Assembly: GCA_947626095.1 (NCBI GenBank)
Contig: CANQQV010000024.1
Coordinates: 1 to 18,922 of the forward strand
From: an uncultured Bacilli bacterium
Lineage (GTDB): Bacteria > Bacillota_I > Bacilli_A > RF39 > UBA660
Direction: 5' to 3'
DNA: 18,922 nt
Positions 7,259 to 16,564 of the stretch are shown one piece after another. Below the pieces are notes generated by a model, which saw only the letters and a program-made list of their open reading frames with translations, made no database searches and had not been told where the DNA came from. How positions within the stretch are numbered: the stretch's first letter is position 1; the number at the start of each line of letters is the position of its first letter. Position numbers and translations under genes: made by a program.

Positions 7259-7885
7259 ATGGCAAAAAAAGAAAAAAAGGGTATGAATTTACCCAATAAA
7301 ATTACCTGTGTAAGATTAGTGATATCTATCTTAGTATTAGTTCTATTATGTGTTCCATGGAGCAATTTAGGCATTAACTTTAAGACTTATTCCGTTTATG
7401 GCGTTGAAAATGTTAATCTTAAATACATAATTTGCGGCGTATTATTCCTAATCGGATCTGTTTCTGATTTCTTAGATGGATATATTGCTCGTAAATATGA
7501 TTTAGTAACTGACTTTGGTAAAGTAATGGACGCTATTGCTGATAAAGTTTTAGTTAATGGTGTTTTAATAGTTCTAGCTTATGATGGCTTTATTCCATTA
7601 GCTGTTCCTGTAATTATAATTACTAGAGATATAATTGTTGATTCAATTAAGATGGCTAGTGGTAATAAGGGTAAAGTAGTAGCAGCTAGTTGGCCAGGAA
7701 AAATTAAAACTATCTGCATGATGATTGGGGTTACATTAACCTTCTTCTATAATATGCCATTCGCCTTTATTGGTCATGGTATTCAAATCGATGCTCTATT
7801 TATTTATGTGGCTACTATTATGAGTATTATTTCTGGTTGTCAATATTATTTTGCAAATAAAGATTTTATCTTTTCAGAAGTATAA
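7259..7885 (+). CDS. pgsA: CDP-diacylglycerol--glycerol-3-phosphate 3-phosphatidyltransferase
   Basis: MNLPNKIT..R and the DFLDGYIARKYDLVTDFGKVMDAIADK CDP-alcohol phosphotransferase motif. Confidence 0.95.
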   Translation: MAKKEKKGMNLPNKITCVRLVISILVLVLLCVPWSNLGINFKTYSVYGVENVNLKYIICGVLFLIGSVSDFLDGYIARKYDLVTDFGKVMDAIADKVLVNGVLIVLAYDGFIPLAVPVIIITRDIIVDSIKMASGNKGKVVAASWPGKIKTICMMIGVTLTFFYNMPFAFIGHGIQIDALFIYVATIMSIISGCQYYFANKDFIFSEV

Positions 7886-7886
7886 C

Positions 7887-7928
7887 AAAAAAGAATTTTA
7901 TTCTAAAAATGTAATAAAATTCTTTTTT
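7887..7928 (+). terminator. Terminator-like 16-bp inverted repeat after pgsA
   Basis: AAAAAAGAATTTTATT-N10-AATAAAATTCTTTTTT. Confidence 0.6.
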
Positions 7929-7948
7929 TATGCTTAAAAAGTTAAGTA

Positions 7949-7962
7949 AAAACAATTGTTCG
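7949..7962. promoter_or_regulatory. LexA (Cheo/SOS) box upstream of recA
   Basis: AAAAC-AATT-GTTCG versus the Firmicute consensus CGAAC-N4-GTTCG. Further degenerate or half sites lie at 7961-7974 and 7979-7983, around the -35. Confidence 0.65.
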
Positions 7963-7970
7963 AAAAAATG

Positions 7971-8000
7971 TTGACAAACGAACAATAAATATTATAAAAT
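7971..8000 (+). promoter_or_regulatory. Sigma-A promoter of recA
   Basis: TTGACA (7971-7976), 18-nt spacer, TAAAAT (7995-8000). Confidence 0.7.
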
Positions 8001-8029
8001 TAAGATGTCAGTAACAGTGGGAGGAAAAT

Positions 8030-9088
8030 ATGAAAACAGAAAAAGATACAAAAGATAAAGCACTAGAACAAGTATTAGCTGACATCGAAAAACAATTTGG
8101 TAAAGGGTCTATTATGAAACTTGGTTCTGATGCTCATTTAAATATTGAAGCTACCTCATCTGGTTCCATTGCTTTAGATGTTGCCTTAGGTGTTGGTGGT
8201 TATCCAAAAGGAAGAATTGTTGAAATATATGGACCAGAATCTTCTGGTAAAACAACATTTGCTCTTCATGCCATAGCTGAAGTTCAAAAACGTGGTGGTA
8301 GAGCAGCATTTATTGATGCTGAACACGCTTTAGATCCAGTATATGCGCAAAATTTAGGTGTTAATTTAGACGAACTATTATTATCTCAACCAGATACCGG
8401 TGAACAAGCTCTAGATATATGTGAAGCTTTAGTTAGAAGTGAAATAATCGACTTAGTTGTCATCGACTCAGTTGCTGCTTTAGTTCCTCAAGCCGAAATC
8501 GAAGGTGAAATGGGTGATGCTCATGTTGGCTTACAAGCTCGTTTAATGAGCCAAGCTCTACGTAAATTATCTGGTACATTAAATAAAACTAAAACAACGG
8601 CAATTTTTATTAATCAATTACGTGAAAAAGTTGGTGTTATGTTTGGTAATCCAGAAACAACGCCAGGTGGTAGAGCTTTAAAATTCTACTCAACTATCAG
8701 ATTAGAAGTAAGAAGAGCCGAACAAATTAAACAAGGCGATAAAGTAATTGGTAATAAAACAAATATTAAAGTTGTTAAAAATAAAGTAGCTCCACCATTT
8801 AGAACAGCTACAATTGATATCATGTATGGTGAAGGTGTTTCTAAAGAAGGCGAACTAGTTGATTTAGCTGCCGAAATAGATATCTTAGAAAAAAGTGGTG
8901 CATGGTATTCATACAATGGTGAAAAAGTTGGTCAAGGTAAAGAAAATGTTAAGGCTTTATTAAAAGAAAATCCTGAACTTTGTGCTGAAATTGAATACAA
9001 AGTGCGTGAACACTATGGTATCTTGACTGATGAACAAAAAGCGGAGAAGAAAAAAACAAGTAAAAAAGAAGAAAAAGAGGAGGAATAA
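8030..9088 (+). CDS. recA: Recombinase RecA
   Basis: [29 protein letters not shown] and GGRALKFYS motifs. Confidence 0.99.
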   Translation: MKTEKDTKDKALEQVLADIEKQFGKGSIMKLGSDAHLNIEATSSGSIALDVALGVGGYPKGRIVEIYGPESSGKTTFALHAIAEVQKRGGRAAFIDAEHALDPVYAQNLGVNLDELLLSQPDTGEQALDICEALVRSEIIDLVVIDSVAALVPQAEIEGEMGDAHVGLQARLMSQALRKLSGTLNKTKTTAIFINQLREKVGVMFGNPETTPGGRALKFYSTIRLEVRRAEQIKQGDKVIGNKTNIKVVKNKVAPPFRTATIDIMYGEGVSKEGELVDLAAEIDILEKSGAWYSYNGEKVGQGKENVKALLKENPELCAEIEYKVREHYGILTDEQKAEKKKTSKKEEKEEE

Positions 9089-9105
9089 TTAATTTCTCCT
9101 CTTTT
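9073..9105 (+). terminator. recA terminator
   Basis: AAAAGAGGAG...CTCCTCTTTT hairpin overlapping the last codons. Confidence 0.65.
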
Positions 9106-9122
9106 AAATAAATTTCTCCTAA

Positions 9123-9143
9123 TTATTCACTAAATTATCCACA
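9123..9143 (+). promoter_or_regulatory. Tandem DnaA boxes upstream of the rny promoter
   Basis: Perfect TTATCCACA (9135-9143) preceded 3 bp earlier by TTATTCACT (9123-9131). Confidence 0.5.
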
Positions 9144-9161
9144 AGGCAATTTTCTTTTATC

Positions 9162-9190
9162 TTGAAAAACTAGATAATTTTTTTTATAAT
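9162..9190 (+). promoter_or_regulatory. Sigma-A promoter of rny
   Basis: TTGAAA, 17-nt spacer, TATAAT. Confidence 0.7.
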
Positions 9191-9252
9191 AGTTATATAG
9201 ATGATTAGATTTAGGTATAATTTTTCTATAAAATAGATATGGAGGTCTTAAA

Positions 9253-10806
9253 ATGGACAATGTTGTCGTTGTCATTTTAGCACTTCTTGTGGGGATTTTT
9301 TTAGGTGTTATTATATTTCTAGTTGTTAATTATTTCAGAGGAAAATCTGTCGAAAGTAAAGCAACTAAAATGATTGAACAAGCAAAAAAAGATGCTGAAA
9401 AACAAAAAAGAGATTCACTAGCCGAATTAAAAGAAGAATCTTATCGTTTAAAACAAGAAACCGACAAAGAAATTAAAGAGAAAAAAGCCGAATTAAAAGA
9501 ATCAGAAGAAAGACTATTACAACGTGAAAAAAATCTTGAAAAACGTGAAGAAGTTCTTCAAAACAGAGATGCTTTGTTAGATCAAAAAGATAATAATTTA
9601 CTTAGTAAACAAAAAGATTTACAAGAAAAAGAAGCTAAAATTGATGAACTATTAAAATCAGAAATGGAGCAATTAGAAACAATTGCTAAATTTTCTAAAG
9701 AAAAAGCTCATGATTTAATCATGAAAAGAGTCGAAGAAAATATGTCACTCGAAATAGCTGATTACATTAAAGAACAAGAAGCCGAAGCTAAATTAAAAGC
9801 TAACGAGATGGCTAAAAGTTTAATTGTTACAAGTATGCAAAAATATGCTAATGATGTAACAAATGAACAAACAGTTAGTACAATTTCATTACCTAATGAT
9901 GAAATGAAAGGTCGTCTAATCGGCCGTGAAGGAAGAAACATTAGAACAATTGAATCTGTAACTGGTGTTGATTTAATTATTGATGATACACCTGAAGCAA
10001 TTGTTATTTCTAGTTTTGATCCTTTAAGAAGAGAAATTGCTAAAATTACCATTGAAACTTTAATTAAAGATGGTCGTATCCATCCTGCTCGTATTGAAGA
10101 AGTTTACGATAAAGTTTCAAAAGATATGTCAGAAAAAATTACGGAAATTGGTAATGATGCTTGCTATGAATTAGGTTTAACTAAAGTTGATCCTAAATTA
10201 GTTAATCTAATTGGTAAATTAAATTTCCGTACTAGTTATGGTCAAAATGCCTTACAACATTCTAAAGAAGTAGGTCATTTATGTGGTCTTATGGCTGCCG
10301 AATTAGGTGAGAATGTTACTCTAGCTAAAAGAGCTGGTTTACTTCATGATATCGGTAAAGCTATTGACTTTGAAGTTGAAGGAAGCCATGTTGAACTAGG
10401 TGAAGAAGTAGCTAAAAAATACCATGAAGATCCAGTTGTTATTAATGCAATTAAATCTCATCATGGTGATGTTGAACCAACAAGTATTATTTCTACTTTA
10501 GTTCAAGTAGCTGATACTTTATCAGCCGCTAGACCTGGTGCTAGAAATGACTCACTTGAAAACTATATCAAACGTCTAGAACAACTAGAAGAAATTGGTA
10601 ATAGTTTTGAAGGCGTTGAAAAAACATTTGCCATGCAAGCTGGTCGTGAAGTTAGAGTAATGGTTAAACCAGAAGAAATTGATGATACACAAAGTTATAA
10701 GATTGCTCGTGAAATGAAAGAGAAAATCGAAAAAGAAATGCAATATCCTGGTACTATTAAGATAACTGTAATCAGAGAAACTAGAGCAATGGAAGAAGCT
10801 AAATAG
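9253..10806 (+). CDS. rny: Ribonuclease Y
   Basis: N-terminal TM helix, coiled coil, KH domain ([13 protein letters not shown]), HD domain (LLHDIGK); downstream of recA. Confidence 0.98.
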   Translation: MDNVVVVILALLVGIFLGVIIFLVVNYFRGKSVESKATKMIEQAKKDAEKQKRDSLAELKEESYRLKQETDKEIKEKKAELKESEERLLQREKNLEKREEVLQNRDALLDQKDNNLLSKQKDLQEKEAKIDELLKSEMEQLETIAKFSKEKAHDLIMKRVEENMSLEIADYIKEQEAEAKLKANEMAKSLIVTSMQKYANDVTNEQTVSTISLPNDEMKGRLIGREGRNIRTIESVTGVDLIIDDTPEAIVISSFDPLRREIAKITIETLIKDGRIHPARIEEVYDKVSKDMSEKITEIGNDACYELGLTKVDPKLVNLIGKLNFRTSYGQNALQHSKEVGHLCGLMAAELGENVTLAKRAGLLHDIGKAIDFEVEGSHVELGEEVAKKYHEDPVVINAIKSHHGDVEPTSIISTLVQVADTLSAARPGARNDSLENYIKRLEQLEEIGNSFEGVEKTFAMQAGREVRVMVKPEEIDDTQSYKIAREMKEKIEKEMQYPGTIKITVIRETRAMEEAK

Positions 10807-10816
10807 CTTCTTTTTT
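10792..10816 (+). terminator. rny terminator
   Basis: GAAGAAGCTA-aa-TAGCTTCTTTTTT. Confidence 0.7.
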
Positions 10817-10824
10817 ATGTCCAT

Positions 10825-10851
10825 AAAAAAACATCTAATTACTAGATGTTT
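10825..10851 (-). terminator. rnjA terminator
   Basis: AAAAAAACATCTA-attac-TAGATGTTT overlapping the TAG stop. Confidence 0.65.
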
Positions 10852-12517
10852 CTCTAACTTCCATTATAACTGGTAAAACAATTGGTCTACGACCAGTTAA
10901 ATTACTAATATATGGATGTAATTCTAAGATAATTTGATTCTTTAAATCTGTATAACTATAAGGATTTTCACTTAAGAATTTATTAATAACGTCAGTTGTT
11001 TTCTTTTCAATTTGACTTATTAACTCGGCATTCTCATTAACAAGAACAAATCCTCTTGTTGTTATATTTGGTTTAATTAACAATTTTTTCGTTAATGGAT
11101 TAATATTAATGATTGTTATTAAAATACCATCACGACTCATTAACTTACGATCTTTAATAACTATTGAACCAACTTCTCCAATACGTGAACCATCAACATA
11201 TACATCACCAGCTGTTACACTAGGGCCTCTATGAACTCCTTCATCATCTAAAATTAGTGAATCACCATTTTGCATAATGAAAATATTTTCTGGTTTAACA
11301 TCACAAGATACCGCTAATTCCGCATGACTCTTTAACATACGATATTCACCATGCATTGGCATAAAATATTCTGGTTTAATAAGTCTTAACATTAATTTAA
11401 GTTCATCTTGTTTAGCATGTCCAGAAGTATGAATATCACTAAATTCAGAGTTAGTTATAACTCTAACGCCTTTTAAATATAATTTATTGATTATACGATT
11501 AATACCAGCAGCATTACCTGGAATAGGGTTAGAAGAAAAGACAACTAAATCATCTGGAAGTAATGATATCTGTTTATGTGTTCCATTTGCAATACGTGAT
11601 AATGCAGCCAAAGGCTCACCTTGTGAACCTGTACATAAAATACAAATTTCATTCTTCTTTAAACTCTTAGCTTGATTAGAATCAATAAATATTGATTTAT
11701 CAGTTAATAAGCCATTATTTAAAGCTAGATTAGTAGCTGTTTCCATACTACGACCAAAAACAATTATCTTACGATTATTTTTACGACAAGTTTCAACTAT
11801 ATGTTTAACACGATAAATATTAGATGCGAATGTCGCAATAATAATACGACCATTATAACCATTAACAATATCAGATAAAGCTTCATCTACTGAGTTTTCA
11901 CTCTTAGAAAAACCTTCAGATAATGCATTAGTACTATCACTCAATAACAAACGAACACCTTTCTTACCAACTTCAGCCATCTTATGTAAGTCAGCCATTG
12001 GTCCAATTGGTGTTAAATCGAACTTAAAGTCTCCTGTTGAAACGATTGTTCCGTTAGGAGTGTGAAGAACTATACCATAACTATCAGGTATTGAGTGTGT
12101 AGTTGCGATAAATTCGATATCAAAATATTTAGTTTTAATTTTAGTATCAGAATCAATAATTTCTAAATTGTTATAACCTATATTGCGATCTTCTAATTTA
12201 TTTTTAATTAAACTAATTGAGGTACTCGCCCCATATATAACAGGAATATTAACACTTTGTAGTAAAAAAGGAATTCCTCCAATATGATCTTCATGACCAT
12301 GTGTGATTAATAAACCTTTAATTTTATCTTCATTTTGTTTTAAATAGGTAACATCTTGGATAACATAATCAATACCAAGTAAGTCACTTTCAGGGAAAAT
12401 GACACCAGCATCAATTATGAATATTTCGTCTTTATGAGTAACAACATACATGTTCTTACCGACTTCTCCTAAGCCACCTAAAGCAATGACGGATGTAAAT
12501 CCATCCTTATTATTCAT
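10835..12517 (-). CDS. rnjA: Ribonuclease J (J1-type)
   Basis: ALGGLGEVGKNM, intact THGHEDHIG metallo-beta-lactamase motif, TGSQGEP and HTSGHA. Confidence 0.95.
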   Translation of the reverse strand: MNNKDGFTSVIALGGLGEVGKNMYVVTHKDEIFIIDAGVIFPESDLLGIDYVIQDVTYLKQNEDKIKGLLITHGHEDHIGGIPFLLQSVNIPVIYGASTSISLIKNKLEDRNIGYNNLEIIDSDTKIKTKYFDIEFIATTHSIPDSYGIVLHTPNGTIVSTGDFKFDLTPIGPMADLHKMAEVGKKGVRLLLSDSTNALSEGFSKSENSVDEALSDIVNGYNGRIIIATFASNIYRVKHIVETCRKNNRKIIVFGRSMETATNLALNNGLLTDKSIFIDSNQAKSLKKNEICILCTGSQGEPLAALSRIANGTHKQISLLPDDLVVFSSNPIPGNAAGINRIINKLYLKGVRVITNSEFSDIHTSGHAKQDELKLMLRLIKPEYFMPMHGEYRMLKSHAELAVSCDVKPENIFIMQNGDSLILDDEGVHRGPSVTAGDVYVDGSRIGEVGSIVIKDRKLMSRDGILITIININPLTKKLLIKPNITTRGFVLVNENAELISQIEKKTTDVINKFLSENPYSYTDLKNQIILELHPYISNLTGRRPIVLPVIMEVRETSSN

Positions 12518-12703
12518 AATGTAATCTTTCCTTTCAAATTAATAAAAATAAAAGTATTAGTTCTTCGCTATAAGTAATTATATATCAAAGGTGATAAAAA
12601 GTCTAGTTTTATAATTGTTTCATGTCAATTAAATATTATGAATATTTCGTCTTTTTTATGGAAAATTGGCATAAGATAAGGTATACTATTTGTGGTGATA
12701 TAT

Positions 12704-14074
12704 ATGGGATTATTTGATAAATTAAAAAATATCTTAAAGAAAAAAGAAAAAGTTGTTGAAGAAGTTAAAAAAGAATATAACGTTACTAATGACGATGAAT
12801 TAAATGAAATAAGTGTCTTTGATAGTGATCCTACTGAAGAAGAAACTTTAGAAGATGATTATGTTCCTGATGAACCAGAGTTAGATGAAGAAATATTCGC
12901 CGATGAAGAAGACGAAGATGAAGAAGACGATGAAGAAGACGATGAGGACGAGGAAGAAAACGACGATGAGGACGAAGATTTAGACGAGGACGAAGAACTT
13001 GAAGATGAGGAAGACCTTGAAGACGAAAATGATGAAGAAAATGACGAAGATGAGTCTGAAGAAGAATCTGATGAGGAAGACCTAGACGAGGACGAGGAAG
13101 ACAAAGAATGGGCTGAATTTGTTAAGGCTCATCAAAAAGTCGAAGAAGCGCAGGACATCGTTACTTATGATAAAGGCTTAGAAAAAACTCGAAAAGAATT
13201 CGTTTCTAAATTAAGTATGTTAGGTATTAAATATACTAAAATTAATGAAGAATACTTTGAAGAGCTAGAAGAATTATTAATTAATGCTGACGTTGGTGTT
13301 AATACCGTTATGAACTTTATGGATCGTTTAAGAGATCGTGTTAAAGAAGAAAAAATAACTGATGCTAATTATTTAAATGAAGTTATTGTTGATGAATTAT
13401 TTATTATTTACGTTGATAACGATTCTTTATCTGATAAAATCAAAATGGCCGAAGATGGTCCAACTGTTATCTTAATGGTCGGCGTTAATGGTGTCGGTAA
13501 AACAACGACGATTGCTAAATTAGCTTATAAATATAAAAATGAAGGCAAAAGCGTTATGATGATTGCAGGCGATACCTTTAGAGCCGGTGCTGTAAAACAA
13601 CTAGAAGAGTGGGCCGAAAGAACTGGTTCTTTATTCTATGGTAAAGAAAATACTGATCCTGCTGGTGTTGTTTACGATGGTTTAGTTAAAGCTAAAGAAG
13701 AAAATGTTGATATCGTCTTAATCGATACAGCTGGTCGTTTACAAAATAAAGTTAATTTAATGAAAGAACTAGAAAAAGTAAACAAAGTCATAGGTAAACA
13801 CATTCCTAATGCTCCTCATGAAACACTACTTGTAATTGATGCTACAACTGGTCAAAATGGTATTAGTCAAGCTAAAGCCTTTAAAGAAATAACCGATATT
13901 ACTGGTATTGTCCTAACTAAATTAGATGGTACAGCTAAAGGTGGTATTGTTTTAGCTATTAAAGACGAAGTAAAAATCCCTGTTAAATTTATTGGCCTAG
14001 GTGAGAAAATGACTGATTTAAAAACCTTTGATATTGAAAATTATATTTATGGTTTATTTAAGGATATGATGTAG
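12704..14074 (+). CDS. ftsY: SRP receptor FtsY with long acidic N-terminal region
   Basis: GVNGVGKTTTIAKLA, DTFRAGA, DTAGRLQNK and TKLDGTAKGG motifs. Start placed at ATG 12704 (MGLFDKLK) after the GGTGA SD. Confidence 0.97.
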   Translation: MGLFDKLKNILKKKEKVVEEVKKEYNVTNDDELNEISVFDSDPTEEETLEDDYVPDEPELDEEIFADEEDEDEEDDEEDDEDEEENDDEDEDLDEDEELEDEEDLEDENDEENDEDESEEESDEEDLDEDEEDKEWAEFVKAHQKVEEAQDIVTYDKGLEKTRKEFVSKLSMLGIKYTKINEEYFEELEELLINADVGVNTVMNFMDRLRDRVKEEKITDANYLNEVIVDELFIIYVDNDSLSDKIKMAEDGPTVILMVGVNGVGKTTTIAKLAYKYKNEGKSVMMIAGDTFRAGAVKQLEEWAERTGSLFYGKENTDPAGVVYDGLVKAKEENVDIVLIDTAGRLQNKVNLMKELEKVNKVIGKHIPNAPHETLLVIDATTGQNGISQAKAFKEITDITGIVLTKLDGTAKGGIVLAIKDEVKIPVKFIGLGEKMTDLKTFDIENYIYGLFKDMM

Positions 14075-14374
14075 ATGGAAGAATTTTTATACTATAATAA
14101 TTTATATGATATATATGGTGAATTATTAACTGCTAAAGAACAAGAAACATTCCATGATTATTATCAAGAAGATTTATCTTTAAGTGAAATAGCTGATAAT
14201 AAAAGTATCAGTCGTAGTGCTGTGCAAAAAATGATTAAAAACGTTTTAGAAAAACTAAATTATTATGAAGATAAACTTCATATTTACAAAAAAAATTGTC
14301 AATTAAATAATTTATTAGAATCCAATAATATTGACGATATTAAAGACCAAATAAAAGAAATTATTAATTTATAA
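14075..14374 (+). CDS. ylxM: YlxM family SRP-associated HTH protein
   Basis: LYDIYGELLT.KEQ....DYYQEDLSLSEIA....ISRSAV......LNYYEDKL; ATG abuts the ftsY TAG. Confidence 0.9.
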   Translation: MEEFLYYNNLYDIYGELLTAKEQETFHDYYQEDLSLSEIADNKSISRSAVQKMIKNVLEKLNYYEDKLHIYKKNCQLNNLLESNNIDDIKDQIKEIINL

Positions 14375-14383
14375 TTTCTTTTT
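14353..14383 (+). terminator. Terminator after ylxM
   Basis: AAAAGAAATTAT-taattt-ATAATTTCTTTT. Confidence 0.6.
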
Positions 14384-14390
14384 CTATGTA

Positions 14391-14419
14391 TTGAATTAAA
14401 ACTTATTATTTAGTATTAT
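14391..14419 (+). promoter_or_regulatory. Putative sigma-A promoter of tmk
   Basis: TTGAAT, 17-nt spacer, TATTAT. Confidence 0.5.
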
Positions 14420-14443
14420 TATTTATAAGGTAGGTAGAGTAAA

Positions 14444-15133
14444 ATGAAAGGAAAAATAATTGTTGTTGAAGGAACAGACTGTTCTGGTAAAGAAACTCAA
14501 ACTAGTTTATTAGTTCAGAGATTACGTCGTGCTGGTAGAAAAATTGAGCGTCTTAGCTTTCCCGCTTATGATACCCCAACTGGTCGAATTGTTGGTGGGG
14601 CATATTTAGGTAAGAAACATCTTGGTGAAGGTTATTTCCCTGAAGGAGCAGCTAATGTTGATCCTAAAGTCGCTAGTCTTTATTATGCAGCCGACAGAAG
14701 ATATAATCGTGGTAAAATACTAGAGTTACTAGATCAAGGAACAGACGTTGTATTAGATCGCTATGTTGAAAGTAATATGGGTCATCAAGGTGGTAAAATC
14801 TTTGATAAAGAAGAACGATTAAAACTTTACGAAGATTTAGCTAATCTTGAATATGGCTTTTTAGAATTGCCAAGACCGGATGTAACCTTATTTCTATATA
14901 TGCCATATCAAAAAGTTGCTGAATTAGAAAAAGGCCGTACTGAACCAGAAGATCAACATGAAGCTAGTTTACTTCATATTCGTAATGCTGAACATGCTTA
15001 CTTAGAATTAGCTGAAATCCATCATTATAAAAAAATCGACTGTGTCACAAAAAAAGGCAAACTTCGTGATATCGAAGATATTCATGAAGAAGTCTATAAA
15101 ACCGTTTGTGAAGTCTTAGATATTAAAGAATAA
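14444..15133 (+). CDS. tmk: Thymidylate (dTMP) kinase
   Basis: IIVVEGTDCSGKETQ P-loop, SFP.Y, LYYAADR, VVLDRY..SN..HQ and LPRPD motifs. Confidence 0.88.
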   Translation: MKGKIIVVEGTDCSGKETQTSLLVQRLRRAGRKIERLSFPAYDTPTGRIVGGAYLGKKHLGEGYFPEGAANVDPKVASLYYAADRRYNRGKILELLDQGTDVVLDRYVESNMGHQGGKIFDKEERLKLYEDLANLEYGFLELPRPDVTLFLYMPYQKVAELEKGRTEPEDQHEASLLHIRNAEHAYLELAEIHHYKKIDCVTKKGKLRDIEDIHEEVYKTVCEVLDIKE

Positions 15134-15156
15134 AGTAGAACATTCTACTTTTTTTT
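15132..15156 (+). terminator. tmk terminator, followed by an extended -10 (TGtTATACT, 15156-15164) for ffh
   Basis: AAAGTAGAA-ca-TTCTACTTTTTTTT. Confidence 0.7.
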
Positions 15157-15182
15157 GTTATACTAAGTTATGGGTGATAAAT

Positions 15183-16490
15183 ATGTTTGAATACATGGGA
15201 GATCGATTATCAAAAGCCATTAAAAATATTCGTGGTATGGGTCGTATTACTGAAGATAATATCAGTGAAGCAATGCGCGAAATAAGAATGGCTCTATTAG
15301 AAGCCGATGTTAATTATCAAGTAGTAAAAGAATTTGTAAATAAAGTTAAAGAAAAAGCTTTAGGAATGGAAGTTCAAAAAAGCCTTAAACCAGATGAATT
15401 ATTTATTAAGATTGTTAAAGATGAGTTAGTTGAATTACTAGGTGGGGAGGAAGCTCCATTAGAAGTTAATGGTCATCCAACTATAACTATGCTTGTTGGT
15501 TTACAAGGTAGTGGTAAAACAACTACATGTGGTAAGTTAGCTAATTTCTTACGTAAAAAACATGCTAAAAAGCCATTATTAGTTGCTTGCGATATATATC
15601 GTCCAGCTGCTATTGACCAACTACAAACCATAGGTAAACAACTTAATATACCTGTTTATACTGAAGGTAAAAAGAATGTTAATGAAATAATTACTCATGC
15701 TTTAGACTATGCTAAAGAAAATAAAAACGATTACATTATAATCGATACAGCTGGTCGTTTACATATTGATGAAGACTTAATGGATGAATTAGTTGGTATT
15801 ATCGACTTATGCCATCCTAATGAAGTCTTATTAGTAATTGACGCTATGATGGGTCAAGATGCTATCAACGTTATTCAAGGCTTTAATGATAAATTATCTT
15901 TAACTGGTTGTATTTTAACTAAGTTAGATGGTGATACTAAAGGTGGTGTTGCCTTATCTGTAAGACATTTAACTAACGTTCCAATTAAGTTTGTTGGTGA
16001 TTCTGAAAAATTAGATGGCTTATCAGCATTCTATCCTGAACGTATGGCTGAACGAATCTTAGATATGGGTGATGTTTTATCAATTGCTGAAAAGGTTGAA
16101 AGTGTTATCTCTGAAGAAGATGCTGAAGCTCAAGCGAAAAAAATGTTAAGTGGTAAATACGATTTAGAAGATTTCTTAGCTAGTTTAAAACAAATTAGAA
16201 AACTAGGTCCTTTAGAAAATATCTTAAAAATGCTTCCACAAGCACGTAAAATGGGCCTTAATAATGTTAATATTGATCCTAAAGATATGGCTCATATCGA
16301 AGCCATTATCCTATCAATGACTCCATATGAAAGAAAACATCCTGAAGTACTAAAAGCTTCTCGCAAGCAACGAATAAGTAAAGGTTGTGGTCGTGAAGTA
16401 TCTGAAATAAATCGTTTACTAAATCAATTTGAAGAAATGAAAAAAATGATGAAAATGATGAGTAGCGGCAATATGAAATTACCATTTTAA
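15183..16490 (+). CDS. ffh: Signal recognition particle protein Ffh
   Basis: ALLEADV, GLQGSGKTTT, DTAGRLHID, TKLDGDTKGG and Met-rich M domain. Start placed at ATG 15183 (MFE). Confidence 0.98.
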   Translation: MFEYMGDRLSKAIKNIRGMGRITEDNISEAMREIRMALLEADVNYQVVKEFVNKVKEKALGMEVQKSLKPDELFIKIVKDELVELLGGEEAPLEVNGHPTITMLVGLQGSGKTTTCGKLANFLRKKHAKKPLLVACDIYRPAAIDQLQTIGKQLNIPVYTEGKKNVNEIITHALDYAKENKNDYIIIDTAGRLHIDEDLMDELVGIIDLCHPNEVLLVIDAMMGQDAINVIQGFNDKLSLTGCILTKLDGDTKGGVALSVRHLTNVPIKFVGDSEKLDGLSAFYPERMAERILDMGDVLSIAEKVESVISEEDAEAQAKKMLSGKYDLEDFLASLKQIRKLGPLENILKMLPQARKMGLNNVNIDPKDMAHIEAIILSMTPYERKHPEVLKASRKQRISKGCGREVSEINRLLNQFEEMKKMMKMMSSGNMKLPF

Positions 16491-16491
16491 G

Positions 16492-16513
16492 AAGTAGAGA
16501 AATCTACTTTTTT
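16492..16513 (+). terminator. ffh terminator
   Basis: AAGTAGA-gaaa-TCTACTTTTTT. Confidence 0.7.
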
Positions 16514-16564
16514 ATTTTCACTTGATATGATATACTTTAGATAGGATAAAAATAGGTGATACAT

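Noticed and set aside
5205-9088. recU and recA as dedicated parts of the cassette system
   Set aside because: Both sit in their ordinary Firmicute contexts (recU-ponA; pgsA-recA-rny), so proximity is not evidence.
12859-13104. Poly-serine ORF on the minus strand
   Set aside because: Antisense shadow of the FtsY Asp/Glu tract (GAN codons read as TCN in the shifted reverse frame); no SD.
15132-16513. Similar AAGTAGA/TCTACTT hairpins after tmk and ffh as a mobile repeat
   Set aside because: Only 7-bp arms, both in normal terminator positions; too short to support a repeat family.
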